DNA of 64,000 bases from Fonticula alba ATCC 38817 (Eukaryota; Protista; Nucleariida): NCBI GenBank assembly GCA_000388065.2, contig KB932205.1; one strand, given 5' to 3'. The notes beneath the pieces were generated by a model. That model was not told the origin of the DNA. It made no database searches and was given only the letters and a program-made list of their open reading frames with translations. The position numbers were made by a program, and so were the translations under genes. Positions 48,192 through 60,954 of this stretch are shown here, one piece after another (within the stretch, counting starts at the first letter, position 1; every line of letters starts with the position of its first letter).

Positions 48192-49128
48192 ATGCTCCGG
48201 CTGTCGCTGGTGGCGCTCCGACAGGCATCTCGGCCGGCCTTCCGGCCGACAGCCCTGGCCCGTGTGGCGCCAGTGCCCGCGGCCGCGGTGATGCCCCCGA
48301 CGACGCGAATTCGCCTGTGTCGGCACTTTTCCTCGCTGCATGTGGATCGTGCACCCGACGCCGAGCACCATGCCGGTCCCGAGCCTGTCCCCAGCATGGG
48401 GCCCACTCCTTACGATGGCAGCCTGCACGTCGACCCGGCAGACATCCAGTTTGCCCTGGACAACTTGCCCACCGATCCGACCGAGCAGCAGCAGCTCGCC
48501 GAGCGCCTGCTCCGCTCGGTCCGCGGGAACCTGACCCTGCTTCCGGAGGTGGAGCTATTGTCCTTCCTGGCCATTGCCCCACCCCGGCTGCTCAATAGTC
48601 CGTGCCTCTGCCGCCCCCCTCCTCCTCCTCCTCCCCCTCTGTGCTCCACAGCCCGCCTTTGGGCCCCTGCCACTCTGTAACTGACCGCCGCCCGGGCACC
48701 TTCCTTCGAGGCAGCCATCGCCAAAAATGTCGGCATCTCCACGCGCATGGAGAGGCCTGCCGTGCAGCGCGCGGTGGCCGCCCACTTCCTCAACTCGGCC
48801 ACCCCCTTCGTTGAAAGTCGCTCCGCCTCCTCGGATCCCGCCACCGGGCTGAGCTACGCGGATCCCGCCTGGTGGGATGGGGGCATGTCGCCCGGGTCCG
48901 ACATCCTCAATCATCTGAACAAGCAGCGGCAGCATCGGCTCTCCGTCCCCCCGGGGGCACGTCAGCTCCCGCCGCCGCCGGCCGACTTGCTGGCTGGCAC
49001 GGAGTTTACATTCTTCCTTCAGAATCGCGCCTCCTTCGCCTATGACCGTGCGCCAGCGCCACGAGCTGCTCCGCCTCTTCCTCTCCCTCCTCTTGCCCTT
49101 TCCCTTTTCGTGATCCTGCTGCACCCCT

Positions 49129-49173
<45 letters not shown>

Positions 49174-50185
49174 NNNNNNNNNNNNNNNNNNNNNNNNNNN
49201 NNNNNNNNCCCCGCCCCGCCCCGCCCCGCACTGCCGTTGCCAATCGCTGACATCCTCCTTCCGATCATCACCAGTCACAATTCCGCCACTGGATCTGGAC
49301 GACTTGACTTCCCCCATGACCAAGCACCTGTCCTGGGTGGCCAGGCACACGTCCAACATGCCAAGTGTTCGCAGCCTGAGTGCGTCATTGATCACTCCCC
49401 GCTCGGCCCTTTCTCTCTCTCCCTCTCTCCCTCTACCCACAGCACGGGTCTTGCGCAGTCGCTCCTCCTCTTTCCTCCGCGCCTTTCTTCCCCCTGCTCA
49501 CTCTAATCGCTCCCTCTCGCTCCCTCTCGCTCCCTCCCTCTCCCTCTCTCTCCGCCCCCCTGCGGACGCCAGATCGCCTGCGGAAAATGTGGAATGATAT
49601 GCGCCGGTCACGGCACTTCAACAACTTCTTCATCCGGAACTTCATCCCATCCACCATCCACAAGGAGTTGGCCATCATGTTTGAGTCCCTGCTGTTCGAT
49701 CACCCCGATAAGCATGGGCTTTTCCTGGGGATGGCGCTGGAGCTGGAGCGCCTGCAGGATCAGGAGTACATCCAGGGGCTGAAGCTGACGCCGAAGGAGG
49801 CAGTCATCATGTCCAGCCGGCTGTTCAACTCCATTTCCAATGCCTACATGGAGGCTCTCGGTGAGTTGGCGGCCAACTACTTCCACCCCTCGATTTCGGC
49901 CTACCGAAACCTGTGCCAGTTCTCGGACATGCGCATGCCACATGCTTTCTACCCGCAGGCGCGATCGATGAAGGTGCGTCCATGGGCCGACTGCCCTCGT
50001 GCAGACGCCCCTCCTCGGCCTCGACCTCCGCCATGGCCGTAACCGCGCCATGTTGGTGTGCTTGTGCGCATGTGCCCGCCGGAGCCAAAAGCACTGACCT
50101 TCTATGGATCCATGGGACGCTGTCATCTTCGGTTGTCGGCCGCCCCCTCCGCCCCATCCCTGCTCCTGCCCCTCTGCGCTCCTTC

Positions 50186-50220
<35 letters not shown>

Positions 50221-53200
50221 ACCCCCCCCCATTGCCCCCCCCCCCCAGACCCTGGTCATCACCGCCACCGAGGAGTCCGTCACCACCCCCCCCAAGACCA
50301 CCATGGCTGACAACACCCCCCCCATTCCCATTGGTGCCGAGCCCGTCACCCTGGACGACCTGAGCGGCAACCCCGCCAAGTACACCGCTCGCTACGAGGG
50401 TGCCACCTGGATCGTTGGCTCCTCCAGTCCGAGGTCCCCTTGCGGCCGGCGGTCCTGATGGACATCGTCATCCAGTGGGGTGCGTGATGATCATGATGAA
50501 GAAGAGGCCTCTTTGCTCCGGCACATGTCGCCCGACTGACCAGGGCCCCTGGTGCCCTCTTTCCCCCCCCCCCCCCCCCCCCGTCCGCCCCCCGTACACA
50601 CAGCGCAAGATCATCTACCATGCTGGGCCAACCAACAGTGGGAAAACCTTCCGCGCGATTCAGGCCTTGCGGAAGTCCGAAAGCGGCATCTTCTGCGGGC
50701 CGCTGCGCCTGCTGGCGCTGGAGGTATTCGACAAGCTCAACCAGGCCGGGGTGCCGACCAGCCTGCTGACCGGCCAGGAGCAAAAGCAAACCCCCGGCGC
50801 GCAGCACGCCTCCTGCACCGTGGAAAAGGCTTGCAGCCTCTTCCCCGTCATTTCCCCGGTGGAGGTGGCCGTCATCGATGAGATCCAGCTGCTGGCCGAT
50901 GCCCAGCGCGGCTGGGCCTGGACACAAGCCGTGCTGTCGGCCCCGGCCAAGGAGATCCACGTGTGTGGCGATGCCACGGCCATCGACATCCTGCAGCGCA
51001 TCACCGCCCTGACCGGCGACGAATTCGAGGTCCACGAGTACCACCGCAGGTCCCAGCTGGCGGTCGAGAAGAGTGCCTTCGGAACGGACTTCACCAAGCT
51101 CGAGCGTGGTGACTGTGTGATCGCCTTCTCTCGACGCGAGCTCCACAGCCTCAAGACCCGCATCGAGTCGGAGACCAGCCACAAGTGCTGCATTATCTAC
51201 GGGCGCCTGCCACCGGAGACGCGTGCCATGCAGGCGCGCCTCTTCAATGACCCCAACAGCCCGTACACCATTCTCCTGGCCTCCGATGCCGTGGGCATGG
51301 GTCTCAACCTGTACGTGGCCATGGGTCTTCCCTGCTTTCCGGGGCCTTGCTTTTTCTGTTGGCCCTCCGTGCGCTGCCTCCTTCGAAGCCGGGCTGCTGG
51401 CGTTCAGGCTCCTCTCCCTTTCCCTCCCTCTCCCTCCCTCTGCCATCTTGCCTCCTCCTTTCGGCCCTGCTCCCCTTGCTGCTTCCCCGCTTCTAACTCG
51501 CATTTTCCGCCTGGCCTCGCCACCACGACCACCACCACCACCACCACCACCAACGTCTTGTGCAGCAACATCCGCCGAATCATCTTTTCGACGTTGTTGA
51601 AGTTCGACGGCACCACCAATGTGCCCCTGTCGACGTCGCACATCAAGCAAATTGCCGGTCGCGCTGGCCGCAGCAGCTCCGACTGGGACATTGGCTATGT
51701 GACCAGCTTCTCTCCGGAGGACTTGCCCGTCATCAAAAAGGCTCTAAAGACCGAGCTGGAGTCTGCCCAGCGAGCGGGACTCACCCCGGTTGACGAGCAG
51801 ATCATCAACGTGGCGTCTATCTATCCGGAGCTCCCGCTGTCAAGCCTGGTGGTGCGAGACCCTTCAGCCGTGCCCCTCGGCCCGCCCCGGCCCGCCCCGG
51901 CCCNNNNNNNNNNNNNNNNNNNNNNNNNNNNNNNNNNNNNNNNNNNNNNNNNNNNNNNNNNNNNNNNNNNNNNNNNNNNNNNNNNNNNNCCCCGCCCCGC
52001 CCCGCCCCGCCCCGTCCCTTGCGCTATCCAGCAGATGCCCCCTTACTGACCAGCTGGTCGCTTGACTTGTATGCCATGCGGCCCGGTGCGCCAATGCCAT
52101 GCAGTCCCTCCTGCTGTCGACCGTGCAGACGGACAGCAACTACTTCGTATGCGACACCAAGGAGTTGCTCCAGCTGGCGGACGTCATCCAGCCGGTTCCG
52201 CTGACCCTCGAGGAGCGCCTGCTTTTCGTCCGGGCCCCGATCAGTGCCAGTTCCGATTCGGTGGTCTTCGCTCTGAAGCGGGTACGCGATTTTGCCCCTC
52301 CCCGACCCGGTCCCCCGCCTGCCCGCCTTCCTTCTTTGTCCCTGCTCCTCACTGACCCGCGCATCTGCCTGCCGATAGTTTGCCGAGCAGTATGCCGAGG
52401 CAAAGATTGTTGCTTTCGAGTTCCGCATGCCCTTCCCCAGCAACAGCCGCAAGACGCTGGCCAGTCTGGAGGAGTTTTACTCAATCGCCGATCTGTACCT
52501 GTGGCTGAAGTGCGTGCTCTTTGGTTCGGTTTCTTCCTGGCATTGGCATGGCGTTTGTTGCTTTGTTGCTCCTCCCCTTCAGCTGGGAGACCTTCTCACT
52601 GACCCGTGCTCGTAGCCAACGTCTGGATGGCTTTGTGGACGCGCTGCCGGCCGAGCTCCTGCGTATCCAGGCGTCCCTGTCGCTGAATAGCATGATCGCA
52701 AAGGCCGATTCCAAGAAGCCGGCCATCACCAGTCGGGAGGCCGTCGACCCCCTGCGGCTGAATATCGAAGACCTGCTGGCCATTCCCCTCCTGAGTGCCC
52801 TGCCGGCGGAGGTGGCCGGCAAGCTCATTTCCATCGACATGCCGCTGTTGACGGTGGCCGATGCATGGCAGCGCATCGCCGACCTGGGCCTGGTGCTGTC
52901 GGACTATGGGCAGCTTGTGCTTCCATCGGACGAGCCTCCGGAGGAGCAAGCCTGGGAAAGTGCCGCGCAGCCCGAGCACCAGAGCAAGCCCACGCCCAAC
53001 AGCCCGGAGATCACCGGGTATGCCGTTGACCGGGATGATTATCAATTCCGTAAGCCGGTGGTCCGCATGCAGCGCTTCGGCAAGCAGGTGCTGGCCTCGC
53101 GCTCCGGGGACCCGATCTTCGGGCTGGCATTCAACCCGGACGATGTGCCGGCCGAGGAGGCCGAGGGAGATTCCCAGGCGCGCGACTCGTCGCCGCCGTC

Positions 53201-53903
53201 CGAGCGCAGTGTCACCCTGGAGGAGCTGGCCCGGCACTTCCCGCACCAGGACTTCTCCACGCTCTCGCCCTCGCAGCTGCGTGTGCTCAGCACCTTCTAC
53301 CTGGACTCGATGGACACGGAGGGGAAGGATGCTGCGTCCGGCGGCTGGGGCGAGGCCCACATGCCCTCGGAGCCTCAGCCACTCGATCCTTGGCAGCAGC
53401 AGCAACAGCAGCAGCAGTATCAGCATCAGCAGCATCAGCAACAGTATCAGCAGCATCAGCAGCATCAGCAGCATCAGCAACAGTATCAGCAGCATCAGCA
53501 GCATCAGCAGGATCAGCAGGATCAGCAGCAGTGGCACACGGATCCCCAGGAGCCGGTGATGTCCGACTTGCAGGGTGAGCTGCTCGATGAGGTGGCCCCT
53601 GTAGCATCAGCTGCCTCGTCCGAGCCCACGTCCGGGTCCTCCCATGCTTTCACCATGGCTGCTGGCTCCTCAGTGGGCAACAGGTTCTCCTGGACCCGGA
53701 GCGGCCTGTCCAGCCCTCTGCAGGGGGTCAGCAGGAATGGCGAAGCCACCTCGGCCAGCTCATCTGGCAACCCGCCTGCGGCCAGCCGGGGCGGCCGGTT
53801 CCTCTTCTCGACCGGCGGGGCGTCCGGCGGCCGGGGCGGCGGCCCGCCCGCGGGCCAATCTTCCCCGAAGCCGCCCTCTTCCTTGGGCGGCTGGGGGATC
53901 TGA
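48192..53903 (+). CDS. SUV3: Mitochondrial RNA helicase SUV3 with long N- and C-terminal extensions, many exons
   Basis: Arg/Ala-rich transit peptide; SDMRMPHAFYPQARSMK|RKIIYHAGPTNSGKT; GPLRLLA; CTVE; AVIDEIQ; RGWAWT; IYGRLPPETR; ASDAVGMGLNL; QIAGRAGR. All are SUV3 hallmarks. Confidence 0.93.
53395..53530 (+). repeat. CAG/CAT-rich coding repeat (Q/H/Y/D)
   Basis: Encodes QQQQQQQQYQHQQHQQQYQQHQQHQQHQQQYQQHQQHQQDQQDQQQ in the SUV3 C-terminal extension. Confidence 0.95.
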
Positions 53904-55096
53904 GCGCAGCCTGGGCTCGCGAGTGTGATGCCGCACACGCGGAGCGTGTGGCCTATGTCCCTCCCCGTGGGCGTCTCTGTCCATTTGCCTTTGGGCCGGA
54001 AATGGAGCACGTACATCGGCTTTGCTCCGTTGTTGCTGCTGACACGCGGCCGACTGTCCCCCCTCTGCCTTTTTCTCCTCCTGGGACAGACCAGACCCTG
54101 TGGCTTCTGTGCGTTCGTCCACCCTCTCCTCTGCCCTGGCGATGGGTCCCCCTCCTGGCGTCTGCGCGTGCATACACACGCACAGGCAGCAGGGCGGGCA
54201 GGGGCCCGGGAGCCGGGCACGCCCGTGGATGTGCGTCTCCCCCCAAGCGCATCTTGCCCCCTTCTCGGCTTTCGTCGCTCCTCCCCCCCCCCCCCCAGAG
54301 ACCAGTGTGCAGTCAGATGCTCGAGCGGCACACGGCTGTCCACAGCTCGCCCCCTCCCCCGCTTTTCCTTGTCTTCCGTGCCCGGGAAAAGCCCCCCCTT
54401 CCCCCCCCCTCCCCCCCTTTCTGCACTTCACTGCCACAATAGACCACGCGCAAAAGCGCGCCCCTCTCCCTTCTGCCCTCCTCTCCCAGGGGCCTTCTTC
54501 GCCCCCGGCCCCCTCTCATCCCCGGCCTTTTTCTGCCCCTCGCACAGAGCTCTGCCTTTGCGCGCCTCCTCTTCTCTCGCCAGCCAGGTCCTCATTTTTT
54601 GCGCATCTCCATGGGCTTGGCTCCGGGGTCACCTGCCGGCCGTGCGCGCACGCGCGGTGCGCGGACCTGGCGTGCGCTCTCCCCTGCAGTGAAACACCTG
54701 ACCCCGGCGGAGGGGCGAGGAATGGGGCGCGCGAGGCACGGAGGGGGATATGCGTGTATGTATATTCGGGTCCTGCCGGACACATACGGGGGGCAGCGCA
54801 AGCGCACGCAGGGGGGGGGGGGGTGCGCGTGGGGATAGTGTACATCGCGGCGGGGGCGCAGCGGGGGGCGGGGGATGCCCATGGGGCGGGTGTGTTTCCC
54901 TCTGCCACCAAAGGACAGGGCAGCTGGTGCTTGCGTGGTTTCTCTCTCCTCCTCGCTCGGCCCGACTCTCGGCTGTGCCTAGTGGCCGGGCGCGGGAGAG
55001 GGGGGGGGGAGGGGAGGCGGCGGAAGGAGGGCAGCTTCATCCTGCCGGGCGCGGGAGGGGGGGGGGCGGTCACGGGTGACGCGCGCTCCGGCCCGC

Positions 55097-57170
55097 TCAG
55101 AAGCGCTGCTCCTGGTGCTCAGAGGCCTGGCGCTGGGGGCGGATGCGGCTGAGGCTGTCGGTGACGGCATTGCGCAGGCCGGTGTAGGACAGGACCGCCG
55201 GGGCCTGCTCGGGGGTCCGCTGCTCGGGCTCGCCGGCGGCCGCCACCCCGGGGACACCCTCCGGGCGGAGGAACTGGTTGACATAGAACCGGTCATAGGT
55301 GCGCCCGGTGCGCGGGTCGCGAATGAACATGGCGCTGTCGTCCTGCTCGAAGGCATTGCGCACGCCGACGCCCGGCACGCGGCCGGCATTGACCGGGCCG
55401 CGCTTGTTGACGTACTTGTCGATGGAGGCGCCGCGCTGGAAGCCGGCCCCCTGGAAGCGGTTGTGCTGGAAGGAGGTGCCAAAGAGGCCATCGATCACCT
55501 CGTACTCGGCGTCGCTGCCCTGGAAGACGAAGTTGGCCTTGGCGGTGGCGGCATCGGTGCCTGGATGTTTTCCCCCCCGTCCATGCAAGTGTGTCAGTAA
55601 GTGTGCGTGATCGGGCGAGCCGGGTGCAAGGGCCTATGCGCGGCGTGCCGGCGGGCTGGCCGAGAAGCATGTCCCCCCCCCCCCTCGCCCCCCCCTCGCC
55701 CGTCCGCTCGCTGCAGAGCGGCAGGAGCGCCCTTCCACAGGCCGCTGGCGGGCGAATGCGTGCGTGTGCGCCTGCGCGTGCGGCGCGCGCACGGCCTCGC
55801 GGCGTACCATCGATGATGAAGCGAGCCGTCTGGCCCAGGACACCGTGGGGGTTGGTCGGCCGGCCGATGACACTGACCTGCAGGTTGACATAGGCCTCGG
55901 ACATGTGGCCGGTCTCGATGACCGTGCGGGCGGTCATGTCCCAGGTCGGGGTGCGGACGTGCAGGCGCCAGCGGCCGTCCAGATGGTCGACCACCACATC
56001 GGCGCCCTGGAGCTCGAGCGACGTCCCGTCGGCCAGCTGGCGCCCATCGAGGAAGGCGCCGAAGTTCGGGTCGTAGCCGATGGCGTGGACCCCGCCGGCG
56101 CCGTCGCTGACCAGCATGCCGATCTTGCTCATGTAGGTGCCCTGGAGGCCGGCCAGGCGGACCAGGTGGGCATTCAGCTGGAAGTCCGTGTCGGAGACGA
56201 TGTTGTAATCATGGCCGGCCATGCCCTCGAAGTAGTAGCTGGCGCCATGGAAGCCCACCATGTGGGGGTCCTGCTTGCCGGTGCCGGTTTCGATGATGTC
56301 GCAGGTGGTGGCCGACCGGCAGACATTCGGCGTGTCGGAGCAGGTGAACACCTGGCGCTGGTTGTTGAGGCACTCGGCCGGGTTCGGCCGGACCAGGGGG
56401 TTGTTGTTGCGGGTGCACTGGCTGACGCTGCTGTAGCAGGTGGCCGTGGTGCCGGCCGGGCAGGTGCAGCGCACCGGCGCGGCGGTGGGCTCGGGCTTGG
56501 ACGGCTCCTTGGTCGGGGTGGGGGTGGGCTTGGGGGTGGGCTTGGGGGTGGGCTTGGGGGTGGGCTTGGGGGTGGGCTTCGGGGTGGGCTTGGGGGTGGG
56601 CTTCTCCGTCGGCTTGGGCGTCGGCTTGGGAGTGGGCTTGGGAGTGGGCTTGGGGGTGGGCTTCTCCGTCGGCTTGGGCGTCGGCTTGGGCGTCGGCTTG
56701 GGGGTGGGCTTGGGGGTGGGCTTCTCGGTGGGCTTCGGGGTGGGCTCGGGCTTGGACGGCTCCTTGGTCGGGGTCGGGGTGGGCTTCTGGGTGGGCTTCG
56801 GGGTGGGCGCCGAGGTGGGCTGATGGTGGTGATCGTCGTGGATGTGGACAATCTCAAACTCATAGGAGGAGGTCTTGTTGACGCTCTTGTTCTTGGTCTT
56901 GGTCATGGTCTGCTCGTAGTAGATGTCGGTCATGACGTCGTGCACGTCCTTGGAGTAGCCGCTGATCTTGTCGTCGTCGTCGTCGTCGTCCTCCTCGCGC
57001 TGGCGATCGTCCTTGTCATCGCGAGCCATGATGCCGGCCTCGTCGCGGGCCTGGCGCTGGGCGTCCTCCAGCTGCTCGCGACTCAGGGGGATGCTGGCGC
57101 CGGAGGCGGCCGTGATCACCATGGCGCTCAGGGCCAGGCCCAGGAGGGAGGTGCCGGTGAGCTTGGTCAT
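55097..57170 (-). CDS. Secreted protein (608 aa): signal peptide, acidic region, (PTPK)n extensin-like stalk, Cys-rich module, root-cap/VWD-like domain; 2 exons
   Basis: [24 protein letters not shown] is a signal-peptide-like start. Exon 1 57170-55808; GTACGC..CAG phase-1 intron; exon 2 55560-55097. The domain [38 protein letters not shown] resembles plant root-cap proteins (DPRFIGGDG..FYFHG....FCLVSD..LHINAHF). High-expression codon bias. Confidence 0.8.
56480..56820 (-). repeat. 12-nt coding tandem repeat (CCCACCCCCAAG-like) encoding PTPK/PTEK
   Basis: About 25 PTxK units, bracketed by two identical [14 protein letters not shown] blocks. Confidence 0.95.
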
Positions 57171-57553
57171 CTGTGGTGCCGGAGGGGGGGGGGGGGTCAG
57201 TCTTCGAGGGGTGATGGTGAACATGATGTTGTGCGCCCGCACGTGCACACACACACACACGCCCGCCGGACGCGAGCCGTGCCAAATCTCTCGGTACGTG
57301 CGTGCGTGCGTGCGTGCATGCGTGCGCGCGTGCGAGTCGGCTGTGCGCATGAGAGGACGGACCGTGAGGGGGAGGGGACCGAAAGGGCGGCTTTTTCTTT
57401 TGCAAATCACTCGATCGCAAGTGGGGAAGGTGTGTGGGCTGGGTGCGGCGGAGGGACGCGGCAGAGGGGCTGGCGAGGAAGGAAGAGAGGGAGGAGGAGA
57501 GGGGGGCTCACTGCTGGTGAAGAGAATCCCAAGGAATGGCCAGCAATGGCGCA

Positions 57554-57562
57554 TCTTATATA
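57554..57562 (-). promoter_or_regulatory. Probable TATA box of the secreted protein gene
   Basis: TATATAAGA on the minus strand, identical to the Hsp70 TATA core, about 390 nt upstream of the ATG. The ATG directly follows a CAG acceptor, implying a 5' UTR intron. Confidence 0.5.
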
Positions 57563-59995
57563 CCCCCGGGGCGGGGGTCCCGGAGGGCAAGCCTCTCCGA
57601 GGGCCGAGTGGGGAGGGGGCGGGGGGGGCGTGGACATACCTGGCCGGCCTGCATGCTGTCCGGCGGTGGGCATGCACCACGACCCCCTCCCCTCCCCCCC
57701 GTCTGGGAGAGGACGGGTTCTGGCGGCGGCCCCCCCTCGCGCCCGGCGCCCCCGCCCGGGGTAAAGGCAGGGGGCAGCCGGGGCGGGGGGCCGCCGGCTG
57801 CCGGGCCGGACGGCGCGCTGGGCGAGGGCCAACGGCCGAGGTCGGTTCGTTTGCATGGCCGCCCGCCCTCGTCGTGGGGAAATGTAAACACTGGCGGCGG
57901 GGAGTGGGCACGCCCGGTGGCGCGGCGGCCCCCTGGGGCGGCGTGGCGCCTCGGAGCGGCCGCCGCCCGGAGGCACAGGGGGCGAGGAGGGCTGCCGCCG
58001 GAGGTGGTGGCGGCCCCCTCGCCCGCCCCCCGCGCCTACCAAGGAAGCCGCCAGGCCCCGGGGTGTGAATGTGTCCCCGGGGCTTCGGCTCGCCTCGCTG
58101 GGGCTGGCGTTGCTGGCGGGATCGGCTCCCACCTCCGACAGGCAGGTCAAGCGCCTCCCCTCCGCGCGCGCGCGCCCCCCCCCCTCTCCCGTCCCAAAAG
58201 AGAGGTCAGGCCCGGGAGGGGGGCGCGCGGGCGCACGGTGCCCCGAAGGGCCGGCCGGGCGAAGGCCCGAGGAATATCGATCCTATCTAATCGCCCTTCA
58301 CCTGCCGCGGGTAGGCGGGAAGACGCCGGGGGGCGGGGCCGGAGGCGGGCAAGGGCGACGCGGGGGCCGCATGGACCCCCCCCCCCTCCCCGCATACAAA
58401 CGCACTGGCCTCGGGGGCCTCCGATCGAGCGAGGCGCAGCGGGCACGGGGGGGGGGGGGAGGAAAAAAAAAAAAAACAAAAGGCCCAGGCGCGGGGGCGG
58501 GGGGGGGGGGGGGGGGGGGGGGGGCGCCCCCCGGCCCCAGGCCAGATCCGGGGCAGCACCCCCTTGCGCGAAGCCCACAATGGCGGGGCCAGTCCCGGCT
58601 TAACCGACTCGCACGGGGGGCGCGTCCGTCGGGCCGGGAAGCGCGCGGGCGTCCGACCGGCGGACAGCGGCCAGGATGCTGCTACCTAATCAGATATGCC
58701 ATTCGGCAGATCTAGTTAATGCCGGCGATTGAGCGGATAGCCCAGGGCAGGCGGCGACGGAGGGCGCCCTTGCCGGGTGCTTCGGCCCGGGGCGCGGCCC
58801 GGCCGAGCGGCGATTGTCCGCGGCCATACGCCACCCCGGCGCGCGGGTCAGTATGATAGCCCTGTGCGAGGGCGCGCGTGCGCGAGGGGACGGCGGGGAA
58901 GGGGAGGGGGAGCGGGGGCGCCCCGCCCCGGGCCCCGTCCGGGAGCGCCCACCGCCGGCAGCTCCATCACGAAATTGTGGCGTCCGCACGCCGGGCGGCG
59001 GCCGGGCGATTTGATACCCCGCGGCCGGGCGTGACACAGAGCCGGATCACGCTGCGCGCCGTGATCCGTCCCCTATCGCGGCACGCGCGCCGCGGACCCA
59101 GATCACGCGACAGGGCGTATGATGTAACTCGCCCGAATTCAGCACGACGCTCACCCCGCGCGCGCCACACGGGCACGGGCGATTGGGGCCGCTACCTGGC
59201 GCTTCCTAGCCGCCCGGGCCCCGCGGGCCGGGGGGGAGGGGGGGGGGGAGGTCGCCAGGTTGATGGACCGGCCTGCGGTGTGCGTGTGTGTCTGCCTGGC
59301 CAGCTGCCCAGCCCACAATCCCCAAATCCAGCTGGGTGCGTGTGCGCCCTGGCAGACCCCCCCCGCGCCTCAGGCAACTGGCCCCCGGGGGCTCCTGGGC
59401 ATGCGCATGCTGCCCCCCCGCCCCGCGCCCCGGGCCCGGATACGGGGGCGTGTATGAGGGGAAAGGCGTGGGCGCATGGGGGCGGGGGGGCCGGCATCGC
59501 GCCCCCCGCCATTCCAAATTGTGGGGGAGGCTGGGGCGCACTCGTGTGCGTGAATGTGCATGCGGCCACGCATGTAAGGGCGGCGGGGGGGAGGGGGGGA
59601 CCTCCGGCGAAGGCCTGGCCCCCTCCTCCGGTGCGGGGATGCTGGCGTTTTGGGGGTGATTTTTTCGGCCCCCCTGGCGAGTCAGCCTCGCTCTGGCGGT
59701 TGCGGCAACTCTCGCCCACTCCCCCCCTCCTTCGCTCTTTCCCTTGCTCAGTGCCTGTCCCACATCTGCACACGCGCCCATTCGCCAGCATATTCGCCCC
59801 CGCCTCCCCCCCCCCCCGCCGCCGCCCCCCGCTTCCTCCCTGCGCCTGCATTCCCCTCTCGCCCTGTCGCCTGTGCATCCCGGCATCGTGTCCCGAGGGC
59901 CGCGGGTGCGCGAGAGAGCGTGAGAGAGCGTGAGAGAGGCGGGGCAGCAGTAGGAGCCCCGAGCGGCCGTCGGGGACAAGCACGCGCGCGTGCGC

Positions 59996-60480
59996 ATGAC
60001 CGACCCAAGCGAGGGACATGACCCGGCGTCCCGGCGCCATGTTGGCGGTGCGCGATCCTGGGTGGACGAACCACCGCCGGTGGAGTGCCTGGACCACTCG
60101 GTCGAGCGGATGTTCCGCATCGAGCCCGGCCGGCTGCTGAGCGCGTCGACGGATCGGGCAGGCCCGGGGCTGCCACCGGCCCCGGCCGGGCCCGGGGCAC
60201 ATGGCCGGCCCCCGGTCATGGTCCCGGCCTTGCCGGAACCCCTGGTGGACTATCAGCCCGCCGTGGCGGCATCCGTGAGCGACATCTTCCGTGCTGGCCG
60301 GTGCCTGAAGGCCGGGGCCCTGATGCCGACGCCGCTGGACAGCCACCTGGCCGCCGACTCTGTGACGGTGCCGGTCCGCCGAGCGGCCGACGTGGCGCGG
60401 CCCGCGCCTCGGGCCATGTCCCCGAGCGCGGGCGCCTTCGAGGGGACTGGCATGCCAGCAGCAGCAGCAGCAGCAGCAGC

Positions 60481-60513
<33 letters not shown>

Positions 60514-60527
60514 TCCCCCACCAGCGT

Positions 60528-60558
<31 letters not shown>

Positions 60559-60954
60559 ACCGCCATCGCTGCATAAGGTGACACAACTGGATGGGGCTGC
60601 CGGCAACGGGCGGCCCGGCCCCCGTCGGGATGCCGGTGCGCTGTCCGCCGAACCCCACGCCCGCACCGCACAAGACCCCCTTGCCCATCTGCTGCCTGAC
60701 CCTCCCTCCGCGACGGGGCCCGCGGCGGCGCCAGACCTGAAGTCGCGTCTGCTGCTGTGGATAGGTCTCAAGCGGCGGCAGCCCTTCCGCGAGCTGTTTT
60801 CGCTGCCGGAAAATGAGCAGACCCTGGACTGCGGGACCTTCTTGAAGTTCAAGAACCGTGACTTGGAGAACTCCTTCCGCGAGTTCTTCCTGGTGCATGT
60901 GCGTACGCGGGGCCGGCCCGCGGTGGGGTCCATCTCCAGGGGCCGACAGGGAGG

